Assembly (NCBI GenBank): GCA_046497275.1
Contig: JAWOFX010000035.1
Span: 1-32,000 of the forward strand
Origin: Promethearchaeia archaeon
Lineage (GTDB): Archaea; Asgardarchaeota; Lokiarchaeia; Sigyniarchaeales; SOKP01
Length of the DNA stretch: 32,000 nucleotides
Direction: 5' to 3'
Part shown: positions 21,390 to 30,665 of the stretch, one piece after another
How the letters are laid out: each line of letters starts with the position of its first letter
Numbering within the stretch: position 1 is the first letter of the stretch
Translations under genes and position numbers: made by a program
Notes under the pieces: model-generated
What the model saw: the letters and a program-made list of their open reading frames with translations, nothing else
The model's database searches: none
Told to the model about the DNA's origin: nothing

Positions 21390-23555
21390 CTAAATAAAAT
21401 ATTCTTTTACGATAATTCTTGAGAATTGAATCATTTTTTCTCCAAGATCCGTTTTTTCTCTTGATTTTGCTAAGATCCAATACTTTCCATAAAGTTTATC
21501 TAAGTACTCCCCCTCAGCATCTATCGAAAAAGCAAATACATTAAATTTCTTTCTAACATCTTGAATTTCATCAATAGCATCATTCAATCCATAACCCGTA
21601 CCTGCAGGTTGTCCATCAGATATAACTATAATTATTTCATTACCTTCAAGTTTAGAGGCTTCATATTGAATAGATATACCATCTAAATTTGAATTGATAT
21701 ATCCATGACATCCAAATAAATCTAATTTTTTAATTTGTATTTGTTCATTGAAATCTTTTACTAGAATATTTCTTGCATCCCGTTCTCCAGTAAATAATAC
21801 GATTCTTAAGAAAGCAATATCCTTTAAAGCTTCACATAATAATATCATAGCTATTTTCGCAGCTTCTAATTTTATACCCCTCATACTCCCGCTGATATCC
21901 ACCATGAGCAATATTTTCAGAATTTTGCGGTTTAACTTCCTTGTAAAACATTTTTTGTAATTATAATTACTGGTTATTGCCTTAATGAATCCTTTATTCA
22001 ATCGCCCAATATTTTGAAAAGCATCATATTCTTTTTCATTATTTAAAGTGCTAAAGATGTTCTTTATTTTATTTACCATGTTATTATGCACTGAGAGAAT
22101 CTCTTTATAAGTTAAATCAATAGGATTCATTTTTTCATCCTCTATATTTGTATCTATAACTTTACACGATAATTCTTTTTTATTCTTTTCATCTTTAAGA
22201 GTTAAGGTTTCTAATCTTATGAATCTTTCTTTCATTTCCTCATCTGAAGTCTCAATTAAACCTAAGATATCATCAATTATCGCTTTTTTGGCATTAGATC
22301 GATCCAAGCTATTCTCTTCATTTTCAATAGGAATATAAGTTATTTTTTCGGAATCTTTTTCTAAATCCTTCAATTCAACCAAATCCTCCATATGATCATC
22401 TGATTCTTTAGATTCGAAACTATCAAGAATTTGACTTTTTTTGCTAAAATTATCGATCATTTTCTCAAAGTCTTCAGTTTCAGTAGGATTCTCTTGATTT
22501 TCTTCTTCCTTAATTTCTATTTTATTTAATAATTCCTTCAAATCTTCATGCTTAAGATCGTTTTTCTCAAGTTCTTTAATAGTTTCTTCACTTGATTTAT
22601 CAATATTCGATTTTTCCCTCTTTTCTTCTCGAAATGAGAAATTCTCGACCTGTGATAGAAATTCTTCATTATCTTGAATGTTTATAGGACCTATTCTTCC
22701 TAAATCTTCATCTTCTAAATAAAAAGGATCTGCTAATTTGTTTGGTTCATCAAGAGATGATATTTCGAATTCTTCTTTCTCTCTTTGATTACCATCAATG
22801 GATTCCTCATCTAAAATAACATAATCAGATCTATTTCTACAATTTCGATTATAATTATTACTAATAGAGTTATGTGCACCAGATCTTCCTTTTGGTTTCA
22901 TTATAACCTTTTTTTTTCGAAAATACTTTTTTAATATTTTACAGAATTGATCTATTACGATTATCGAAGTATTGGGAGTTAAGGATTTCAATAAAAGCTT
23001 CTTGATGGTTTTAATTGTTTCCCAATCTTCATTTTTCATTTCTCTAGTTGAAAAAACAGGTTTCATTTGGAATTCATGATAATCTTCCATAAAAAGATTG
23101 ATATAAAGTAAAATATCTCCTGATAATTGCATTCTTTTTATAAGCTGAGGTAATATTTCTAGAGTATATTTTCTTAAATAATAATAAAAACCAGGAAATC
23201 TCTGTTTGTTTATCATATCGATTCTTACATCTTCTACAATATTTACAATCCTTTTTACTAAATTCCCGGGTAAATCATATTTTTTTGATAAAACTCTCAC
23301 TAAATTCAAAATAGAGAGTTCAAAGGAACCATATCCTATATGTCCACTCTCATGAGCAATAAATCCTTGAGAATAAGTGATATTTTTTTTAAATTTTATA
23401 GGTATATATATAAAAGGACCATCAGTATAGATTAAAGATGTGTTTAAATATTGGATTTTTATATCTCTTTTTCCACTTATCCTTTTTGCTAGACTTGTCA
23501 ACGCAGACAAATCAGTAAAAAAGTCTGGCTCATAAAGCTTATATATTCCATCCAT
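21390..23555 (-). CDS. vWA/MIDAS protein with N-terminal HExxH metallopeptidase-like domain and long acidic linker (CobT/NorD-like architecture)
   Basis: TDG..IYIP...GFIAHESGH...NIVEDVRI...FPG; D/E-rich aa ~245-480; MVDISGSM, NLDG, ISDGQP. Confidence 0.88.
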   Translation of the reverse strand: MDGIYKLYEPDFFTDLSALTSLAKRISGKRDIKIQYLNTSLIYTDGPFIYIPIKFKKNITYSQGFIAHESGHIGYGSFELSILNLVRVLSKKYDLPGNLVKRIVNIVEDVRIDMINKQRFPGFYYYLRKYTLEILPQLIKRMQLSGDILLYINLFMEDYHEFQMKPVFSTREMKNEDWETIKTIKKLLLKSLTPNTSIIVIDQFCKILKKYFRKKKVIMKPKGRSGAHNSISNNYNRNCRNRSDYVILDEESIDGNQREKEEFEISSLDEPNKLADPFYLEDEDLGRIGPINIQDNEEFLSQVENFSFREEKREKSNIDKSSEETIKELEKNDLKHEDLKELLNKIEIKEEENQENPTETEDFEKMIDNFSKKSQILDSFESKESDDHMEDLVELKDLEKDSEKITYIPIENEENSLDRSNAKKAIIDDILGLIETSDEEMKERFIRLETLTLKDEKNKKELSCKVIDTNIEDEKMNPIDLTYKEILSVHNNMVNKIKNIFSTLNNEKEYDAFQNIGRLNKGFIKAITSNYNYKKCFTRKLNRKILKILLMVDISGSMRGIKLEAAKIAMILLCEALKDIAFLRIVLFTGERDARNILVKDFNEQIQIKKLDLFGCHGYINSNLDGISIQYEASKLEGNEIIIVISDGQPAGTGYGLNDAIDEIQDVRKKFNVFAFSIDAEGEYLDKLYGKYWILAKSREKTDLGEKMIQFSRIIVKEYFI

Positions 23556-23613
23556 TTCTAATCTTAATTTTAATAATTTAAAATTTAAAAAAATGAAAAT
23601 ATTTAAGTAAAAT

Positions 23614-24855
23614 TTAATAGCTTAATTGGCATTTTCCACTCAAGAATTCCCCTAATTCCTTATTTTTATTACTATAAACCCACTTAATATAAGTTAAAGT
23701 AAGGCCTCCTGCATATATATGAGTCTTCCCCGTCTTTCTTTTGAAATCATCATGCCAACCAAATTTTTCCGTTAATCTAAAAAACCTCTGAAGTGCTTTT
23801 TTATGATTTTTCCATAACCAATAAATAGATTTCCATAAAATTCCTCCTTTTTGCTCAAAGATGGATCTTCTTTTATGTATATGCAAATAATCATCTACTG
23901 CTTTCTTCATATCCTCAATTAAATATTTCTCTGTTTTATTATTACTATGATTTTGTGCTTGATGTTGCTTTTTTTTTCCATCTCCTCCAGATAAAATATC
24001 TTTAAGTCTCTCTTCGAACATTTTTCCGTCTAAAATCATAGCAATTGATTTTCTCTCTTCCTGATTTTCACCAAGTTTATTTATGATTATATTTTCAATA
24101 TTTTGTTTTAGATATTCTGGTGGCATTTTAGAAATAATATAACAAAAATTTACTATTAATCTTGTTGAAAAAATTTTCGTTAATGTGAAATCTTCAATGG
24201 CTTGTTTTCTTATTTGTTGAGCGGCATCAACAACTAACTCTGCTAGTTGTTGTTTACAATTCGTTATTTTTGTAGTTATAAAAACTTCTTTCTGTCTTTT
24301 AGGATAATTTAACTCTGGACAAACTACGAAACGATCTTCAAAGGCAGATTGTAATTGATTAACTCCAATAACTCCTTTATTCATAGTCCCAATAATTATT
24401 AATTTACTTTCCTGATTTAATTCGAATTTTTCGAATCCTTTGGAAATTAAATTAATATGGTTCTCAGAAAGAAGAGAATTAAGTGAAATCTGCTCACTAT
24501 CTCGTATAGCGTTTATTTCGTTAATAATAATAAATGAAATACCCTTCTCATTAGCTATTTTTATAGCTTGCGTTAACGGGCCATAATTAAATTTCGTACC
24601 ACCTTGAATTAGTTCCCAATATCCCTCAAGATCTCGACGATCTAAATCCGGAGAACCATCAATAATAAAATATTGAGAATCAAAACGATTTGCTAAAGAA
24701 ATAGCAAGTAAGGTCTTTCCTGTACCAGGAGGGCCATAAAGTAATATTCCTGCGCAGCTTCCTTTCTCAAGAGATTTTATTAAATCAAAAAGATAATCGA
24801 ATTCATTTTTTTGTTGAATATAATTTAAACTACTTTTTTCTTTTGATGCTAGCAT
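23614..24855 (-). CDS. MoxR-type (AAA_5; CbbQ/NirQ/CobS-like) AAA+ ATPase with extra C-terminal domain
   Basis: GPPGTGKT, DLEG, GPL, Walker B variant IIINEIN, sensor 1 TMN, Arg finger AFEDRF, sensor 2 STR. Confidence 0.9.
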   Translation of the reverse strand: MLASKEKSSLNYIQQKNEFDYLFDLIKSLEKGSCAGILLYGPPGTGKTLLAISLANRFDSQYFIIDGSPDLDRRDLEGYWELIQGGTKFNYGPLTQAIKIANEKGISFIIINEINAIRDSEQISLNSLLSENHINLISKGFEKFELNQESKLIIIGTMNKGVIGVNQLQSAFEDRFVVCPELNYPKRQKEVFITTKITNCKQQLAELVVDAAQQIRKQAIEDFTLTKIFSTRLIVNFCYIISKMPPEYLKQNIENIIINKLGENQEERKSIAMILDGKMFEERLKDILSGGDGKKKQHQAQNHSNNKTEKYLIEDMKKAVDDYLHIHKRRSIFEQKGGILWKSIYWLWKNHKKALQRFFRLTEKFGWHDDFKRKTGKTHIYAGGLTLTYIKWVYSNKNKELGEFLSGKCQLSY

Positions 24856-25052
24856 TTTGTATTCTTATCTACTATATCTATAATTTATTAAATTATACAG
24901 ATTTGATATCCTAATTTAAACGTCTTATGGTATAATTAATCGATAATTCTTTTCGAAAATAGTTATATTATCCATATTTGATTAAGTATAAAAACTACGA
25001 TAATAAAAAATATTAAAAAATGAGAGATATAAGAATCTAAAAATTAATTTAA

Positions 25053-26414
25053 TTATCTTGTGGTAAAAATCCTCATCATAAGAAGAAAAAATTTGCGATA
25101 AAATTTTCTAACAATGGAGAGATTAAATAAATGTCTTATAATTTTAAGTAGTGTATAATTTTTCGGTTTAAATGTGCTTTTTTCCAAATCATAACTAACC
25201 TCTTCAATAAAAAAATTTGATTTGAATAAAGATATAAACCACTCATATGAAATTATCGCAATTATATCCCATGCACGTTTAACATGATCTTGTGGATAAT
25301 TAAGTTTTTCTCCCATAGCCATTCTAACTATTTCAATAATATGATATATATCTATTTTACTTCCAAACAGTTCTCTTGTAGCCCATAATAAATAGATACA
25401 TCCCCCACAATAAGAAACTAAAGCCTCTGCCCCAGTCCGTTCCGCTTCATCAAACTTTTTGATTCCTTCATGGATAATATCGAATGGAATAGAAATGTTT
25501 CTTACCCATGAAGCACCCGCTCCAAATCCACAACATAAGGAATCTGCTCGATTGTGTTTCATTTCTATTATTTTACAACCGCATTTTTCAACAATCTTAC
25601 GTGGGGGTTCCCAATATTTACCGTTCGAAACTTTCGAATAACAATTATCATGTATGGTTACCGTCATATCTAATTTATTTTTGATATCTAAAACTCCTGA
25701 ATTAATCTTATCTAGCATCCACTCTTGAAGACTCTCAAATTCGTGAGAATGTTCTACCCCCATCTCTTCTGGATGAGCCTTTTCATAAATATATTCAACT
25801 GCATCTAAGCTAGCTACTATTTCTTTACTCTCCCATTTATCAAAATCCCTTTTAGTTTTTTGTGCAATCTTTTGAACAACATCCAAAAACCCTCCTTGAT
25901 ATAAATAAGCTCCACCTTCCCAGTGATCAATTAAATCCACAGGAATAAAATAATCTAAAATTTTACTCCCTCCTATGATAAAGGGAAAAAGATGAGTATA
26001 ATTTCCTATCAATAGAGGTATGTCTTCTGGTTGAGGGGTATTAGTCATCCAATTCAAAATCCATTTTATTTCTTTTCGGGATAAAAAGATATTTAGCAAT
26101 TGCCAAATATTTGGCTCCCTTGTTGGACAAACAAATGTATAAAGAGCTGGAGCACCTCGAATATAATATAGGTCATTCCATCGTTCCAATATTAGCTGAT
26201 AAGGATTAGCATCTTCTGGGCAATAGATATTACAGGAAAAACATGTATTGCATTTATAAAGAACCAAACTAGGTTCTTTTCCTTCAATTAATCGAATTAT
26301 TTCGGTTTTTGCTTCATCAATTGGCAGTTTAAGAACAGGACATTTATTAAAGCATATTCCACATCTAGTACATGCCTGTTCGTCAAATTTTGATTTTCTT
26401 TTTAACTCGGTCAT
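25053..26414 (-). CDS. (Fe-S)-binding protein, 2x[4Fe-4S] + CCG domains (HdrD/GlcF/GlpC-like); first CCG domain degenerate
   Basis: CTRCGICFNKCP, CNTCFSCNIYCP, HDNC, CCGFGAG, YCGGC. Confidence 0.88.
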   Translation of the reverse strand: MTELKRKSKFDEQACTRCGICFNKCPVLKLPIDEAKTEIIRLIEGKEPSLVLYKCNTCFSCNIYCPEDANPYQLILERWNDLYYIRGAPALYTFVCPTREPNIWQLLNIFLSRKEIKWILNWMTNTPQPEDIPLLIGNYTHLFPFIIGGSKILDYFIPVDLIDHWEGGAYLYQGGFLDVVQKIAQKTKRDFDKWESKEIVASLDAVEYIYEKAHPEEMGVEHSHEFESLQEWMLDKINSGVLDIKNKLDMTVTIHDNCYSKVSNGKYWEPPRKIVEKCGCKIIEMKHNRADSLCCGFGAGASWVRNISIPFDIIHEGIKKFDEAERTGAEALVSYCGGCIYLLWATRELFGSKIDIYHIIEIVRMAMGEKLNYPQDHVKRAWDIIAIISYEWFISLFKSNFFIEEVSYDLEKSTFKPKNYTLLKIIRHLFNLSIVRKFYRKFFLLMMRIFTTR

Positions 26415-26489
26415 CTCTTAAATCCACTTATTTACTAACTCTAATAATTTTATGATTTTAGTGTATATTAAAATTGAATTTTTTATAAT

Positions 26490-27764
26490 TTACCATGCTT
26501 TTTTATATTCAGGAGGTTTTTTGGGGATTTCCTCGATTTTAAATCTTTTTCTGGAGAGAAGCATAGGCATTTGATTTTTCATAATTCCCCAAAAAAAGCC
26601 ACTAGCTCTTTCTTTCTTTCTTTCTTCCGTTATAGCTGGTTCTTCCCCGATTGCTTTTTGAATCAATTCTATAATATGATAAATTTTCATATGCTTCTTG
26701 AAATATAACTTCTGAGCAGTTGTTAGAGTTGCTAAACAACCCGCACAATAAACACATATAGCATCTGCTTCCGTTTTTCTAAAATCCTTAAAATTTCTGA
26801 AAGAAGAACGCATAAGATTAAATGGATTATATGAGGAATCAACAGAAAATCCACCACCAATCCCACAACACCTCATATCTTCACGGCACGCATCAATTTC
26901 AATTATTTCACATCCTAAAGAATTTAATATTTTTCTTGGTAAATCCATGTATTCATCCCCAAACATTTTGGCATAACAAGATTCTTGAATTGTTATTATC
27001 ATATCTAATTCTTTTTTTATTACAATCTCATTATTCTCTAGTTTCTCCCATAAATACTGAATATAAGACTTAATCGAATCAAATGTATATTTTAAACCAT
27101 AATGGGGGAGAATATTTTTAAAAACATTTGTTCCGGCAGTACACAAGACTAGAAGATTTTTAGGCTTCAAAATATTAAACCATCTATCTAATCTTTGTGT
27201 CACCTCTCTCAATTTATCTTCGAATCCTGTTCGAAATAACGTCTCTCCACAACAATATTCCAATCTTCCGCGTATATCTAAATCCTTAAATAGTGAAGTT
27301 TGGGTAAGTTCAGCAAAAGTTATCACATTACATCCTGGATAAGTTAAAGTATCACTTTTCAATGGTTTTAAACTAGCCCATTCAGACACAAGATTCTTTG
27401 TATCCTCTGGGAGATGTTCCATTACATAACTACGAAAATTTGGATATTGAGGATAATGTGTAATATAATACTTAGCTCTCTTTTTTAAGCCTTCTTCCTT
27501 GTACTTCTCATTCCATCTTTTTAGAATTAAACTAGCAGGATGAGCATTTTGGGGACAATAAAAATTACACGTGAAACAGCTTTGACAATTCTCCAAAATC
27601 TCTGAGGATTCTCCGTTTATTAATTTTTTCATTTCCTCTACAGATTCTTCCTTCGAGATATCCATGATCGGACAGTTTAGAAGGCATTCACCACATAAAT
27701 TACATCTTTCTCTATTAAAAGGATCAAAAAAACTAATATCGATCGGTTCTATCTTTTCTTTCAT
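26490..27764 (-). CDS. (Fe-S)-binding protein, 2x[4Fe-4S] + CCG domains (HdrD/GlcF/GlpC-like)
   Basis: CNLCGECLLNCP, CQSCFTCNFYCP, YPGC, CCGE, LCTAG, QESC, CCGIGGG, YCAGC. Confidence 0.88.
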   Translation of the reverse strand: MKEKIEPIDISFFDPFNRERCNLCGECLLNCPIMDISKEESVEEMKKLINGESSEILENCQSCFTCNFYCPQNAHPASLILKRWNEKYKEEGLKKRAKYYITHYPQYPNFRSYVMEHLPEDTKNLVSEWASLKPLKSDTLTYPGCNVITFAELTQTSLFKDLDIRGRLEYCCGETLFRTGFEDKLREVTQRLDRWFNILKPKNLLVLCTAGTNVFKNILPHYGLKYTFDSIKSYIQYLWEKLENNEIVIKKELDMIITIQESCYAKMFGDEYMDLPRKILNSLGCEIIEIDACREDMRCCGIGGGFSVDSSYNPFNLMRSSFRNFKDFRKTEADAICVYCAGCLATLTTAQKLYFKKHMKIYHIIELIQKAIGEEPAITEERKKERASGFFWGIMKNQMPMLLSRKRFKIEEIPKKPPEYKKAW

Positions 27765-27922
27765 TTTATATTACTAATTGAGTAATAGGAAATAAAAATT
27801 TTTAATTTGCAATATAAAATAATTCTTAAGTATAATAAATATTGAAGTAATAGACTTTTGAGTAATGGATTAAGATTAAAACCAATAGAATATTTATTAA
27901 TAAAGCTAAAGGTTATTATTAA

Positions 27923-28603
27923 ATGAAGGTAGGAATAATTAAAAAATTCTTTAGAGGTCAGGCTTCTAAAACGCAGCATGGAATTATCATTGGTCTGGTT
28001 TTATCCATTGTTGCAGTATTATGGTTAAGTGCGCAAATATTATTCGAAGGAGAATACTCTATTCTTAATAATCATATAAGCAATCAAGGAAGACCGGATT
28101 TAAATCCTAAGGGATTTTTATTTTTCACAGTAGGTTGTATGATTTCTGGTATATTTTTAATTTTCCATTTTATATATCTTTATAATAACTATTCTCCAAC
28201 TTTAAAACCAATTCTCATATTATCGACAGCATTCGGTGTAATAGCGAGTATTTCATTTATTGTTGTAGGGTTTATACCAGGAACTATTAGCTGGTCAGTC
28301 CATAATTTTTTCGCTGATTTAGCATTTAGTTCCTTCTATTTAAGCAGTTTTCTTTTTCTAATAATAATGCTTAGAAAAATTCAAAAAAAGCAAGCTTGGC
28401 CTTCTATAAAAAAGGTGGGAATTGTATATGGAATTTTCTTTATTATTCTAATATTAACAATTGTAATTCCTCAATTAGATTTTCTGGCTGATGAGTGGAA
28501 TTTAGATGAAAGACTTTTTCAACCTCCACTATGGCAATGGACTTCTTTATTTAATATAGTAATTTGGTTATTGAATATTTATCTTATAATACCCTCCGAA
28601 TAA
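27923..28603 (+). CDS. DUF998-like integral membrane protein
   Basis: YSILNNHISNQG after TM1, VGFIP, HNFFA; ~6 TM segments. Confidence 0.65.
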   Translation: MKVGIIKKFFRGQASKTQHGIIIGLVLSIVAVLWLSAQILFEGEYSILNNHISNQGRPDLNPKGFLFFTVGCMISGIFLIFHFIYLYNNYSPTLKPILILSTAFGVIASISFIVVGFIPGTISWSVHNFFADLAFSSFYLSSFLFLIIMLRKIQKKQAWPSIKKVGIVYGIFFIILILTIVIPQLDFLADEWNLDERLFQPPLWQWTSLFNIVIWLLNIYLIIPSE

Positions 28604-28768
28604 ATTTAATCAGAATTTTTCTCACTCCGTAGAATTAAAAAGAAAAGCGATACTAAATAAAAGCAAGATTTAGTTTATAATATTATAGCATAATTTATTT
28701 AAGCTTCTTGAGAGATTAAATCAAAAATATTTAACCATTAGTATTAAATATAATTAAGTGATAAAATT

Positions 28769-29587
28769 ATGAGCAAAGGATTTAGATTATTACGGTTGGA
28801 ATATTTATTTACTGTGTTAATTCCACTACTCATCGCTATTTACTTAAATAATTACTCGATTATAGATAATATTGCAATTATAGGAGCTTTTGCTTTTTGG
28901 GCAATAACAGGGAATACATTAAATGATTTGAAAGATATGGAAAACCCAGATGATAAAGAAACGAGGGAAAGAATTATGGGTTATTCAAAAAAAGAAATTG
29001 CTGTTTTGGCGATATCTTCTTTCATTTTGGGGATTGCATTATTTTATAATCCGATTTTAGATAATCCTATAATCTCATTATATGTCTTTTTAACAGCTAT
29101 TATGGTTATATTATACTGTATTGCTTTGAAAAAAATATTAGGTATAAATTGGATCTTATTGGGGATTTCTCATATTTGGTTTCCATACTTTATAATAAAA
29201 TTAAACGCAAATATAACAGAATTTTTTCCTACTTTAGAAATATATGAGTGGTTCTTTTTAGTATCTGCGTCTCTTGTTGCTTTATCAGGTAATCTTATTC
29301 ATGAAGTCATCGATAATGATGCCATTACGCGTTTAAAACCAAGATATCAACAATTTATCATTTGGTTTGTATCTATATGTGCTATTGGGTTCAGTATTAT
29401 ATCAATTCTCCTTTTTACTGAAGAACTCTTTCTTCTCACCCCTGTGTTAATAATTCCCTTGGGAGTTTTGTATATGGCTCGATCAAAACATAATCTACCC
29501 CATAATGCAACTTCTATCAAGGATATAGGGATTATAATTGGAAATCTATTATTAGCATTTATAACAATTCTTCTTATAACTTTTTAA
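28769..29587 (+). CDS. UbiA prenyltransferase superfamily protein (divergent motifs)
   Basis: LLRL N-terminus, GNTLNDLKD, YCIALKK, GNLIHEVID; ~8-9 TM segments. Confidence 0.72.
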   Translation: MSKGFRLLRLEYLFTVLIPLLIAIYLNNYSIIDNIAIIGAFAFWAITGNTLNDLKDMENPDDKETRERIMGYSKKEIAVLAISSFILGIALFYNPILDNPIISLYVFLTAIMVILYCIALKKILGINWILLGISHIWFPYFIIKLNANITEFFPTLEIYEWFFLVSASLVALSGNLIHEVIDNDAITRLKPRYQQFIIWFVSICAIGFSIISILLFTEELFLLTPVLIIPLGVLYMARSKHNLPHNATSIKDIGIIIGNLLLAFITILLITF

Positions 29588-29620
29588 AAATAAGATTTAG
29601 AAAAGGGCAATAATCTGAAT

Positions 29621-30427
29621 TTATACATATAACATTTTCATAATAATTAGTGCTATAAAATATATCATAAGAAAATTCCCTATAAGGATTCCCACATCTT
29701 TAACGCCTTGCGTTGATTTTGTAGGGCGTCTAAATGTAAATATTGTTCCCAAAGGAACAAATAAAAATGGCAAGAAATAATAATCCAGAATCAGAAAGAA
29801 TGCCCACATTGCTAAAATTATTGTCAAGATGGAAAAAATCCAGATAACTATTTGACATTGCTTTAAACTTAAATGCTTTCTAATAGCATCATGGTCAATT
29901 ACTTCATGGACGAGTTGTCCTAAAACAGCAAATGTAAAAAATGCTGATAGAAATATCAATTCCCCAAATCCTATAGAAAATAAACCAGCATCGATTTTGA
30001 TTATAAAGTAGGGTAAAATAACGTGAGATAAAGCTAAGAAAATTTGATTTATAATCGGAATGGGTTTAATCCAAATGCAATATGTAATCACCATTACAAT
30101 TATTATTCCAAGAAAAATTCCATTGATATAATTTTCTATACACGTTCTCAAAAGCAGAGTGATTCCAAAAACAAAACTCCCTAACCCAATAGTAAATATT
30201 TCGCGTGGATGGTATCCTTCTATTCTTTTTAGGGTTTCTATTTCTTCTGGATTTTTCATATCAGTCACATCATTCCAAGTATTACCAGTAATCGCTAACA
30301 ATCCAAATCCGAATATAATATCAATATGCTCAAGTGGATTTAAATCATTTAAGTAAATTGCGATGAGCAATGGAACTATTACACTGAATAAATAATCTAA
30401 TCGCAATAAGTTAATTCTATTTGCCAT
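29621..30427 (-). CDS. UbiA prenyltransferase superfamily protein, convergent paralogue of 28769-29587
   Basis: LLRL, GNTWNDVTD, YCIWIKP, GQLVHEVID; 34 of the first 60 aa identical to its neighbour (manual ungapped count). Confidence 0.72.
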   Translation of the reverse strand: MANRINLLRLDYLFSVIVPLLIAIYLNDLNPLEHIDIIFGFGLLAITGNTWNDVTDMKNPEEIETLKRIEGYHPREIFTIGLGSFVFGITLLLRTCIENYINGIFLGIIIVMVITYCIWIKPIPIINQIFLALSHVILPYFIIKIDAGLFSIGFGELIFLSAFFTFAVLGQLVHEVIDHDAIRKHLSLKQCQIVIWIFSILTIILAMWAFFLILDYYFLPFLFVPLGTIFTFRRPTKSTQGVKDVGILIGNFLMIYFIALIIMKMLYV

Positions 30428-30624
30428 TTTCTCGATTTCTTTAAATTATCTTATGAAATTATATTAAATCATAACTATAAATTTTATTACTCTAAACATA
30501 GAATTAAACAGAGATATAAAAGTTATTATAAGCTTTTTTAAAATTTAATAAAAATAATATAAATAAAATTAATATTATCCGAATTGATTACCTGATTTAA
30601 GATAATGATGAGAACTAATTTAGG

Positions 30625-30660
30625 AGAAAAATACAGAAATAAAATAAAAAAAAATGAATA
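30625..30660 (-). terminator. Putative oligo-T terminator of the surface-protein gene
   Basis: T9 and further T runs on the minus strand just after the stop at 30666. Confidence 0.4.
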
Positions 30661-30665
30661 GTTAA

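Noticed and set aside
21390-24855. Assignment as cobaltochelatase CobS/CobT or NorQ/NorD
   Set aside because: The vWA motifs are CobT-like, but no cobN, cobalamin or nitric oxide reductase genes are nearby, and the ATPase has extra features. Left at family level.
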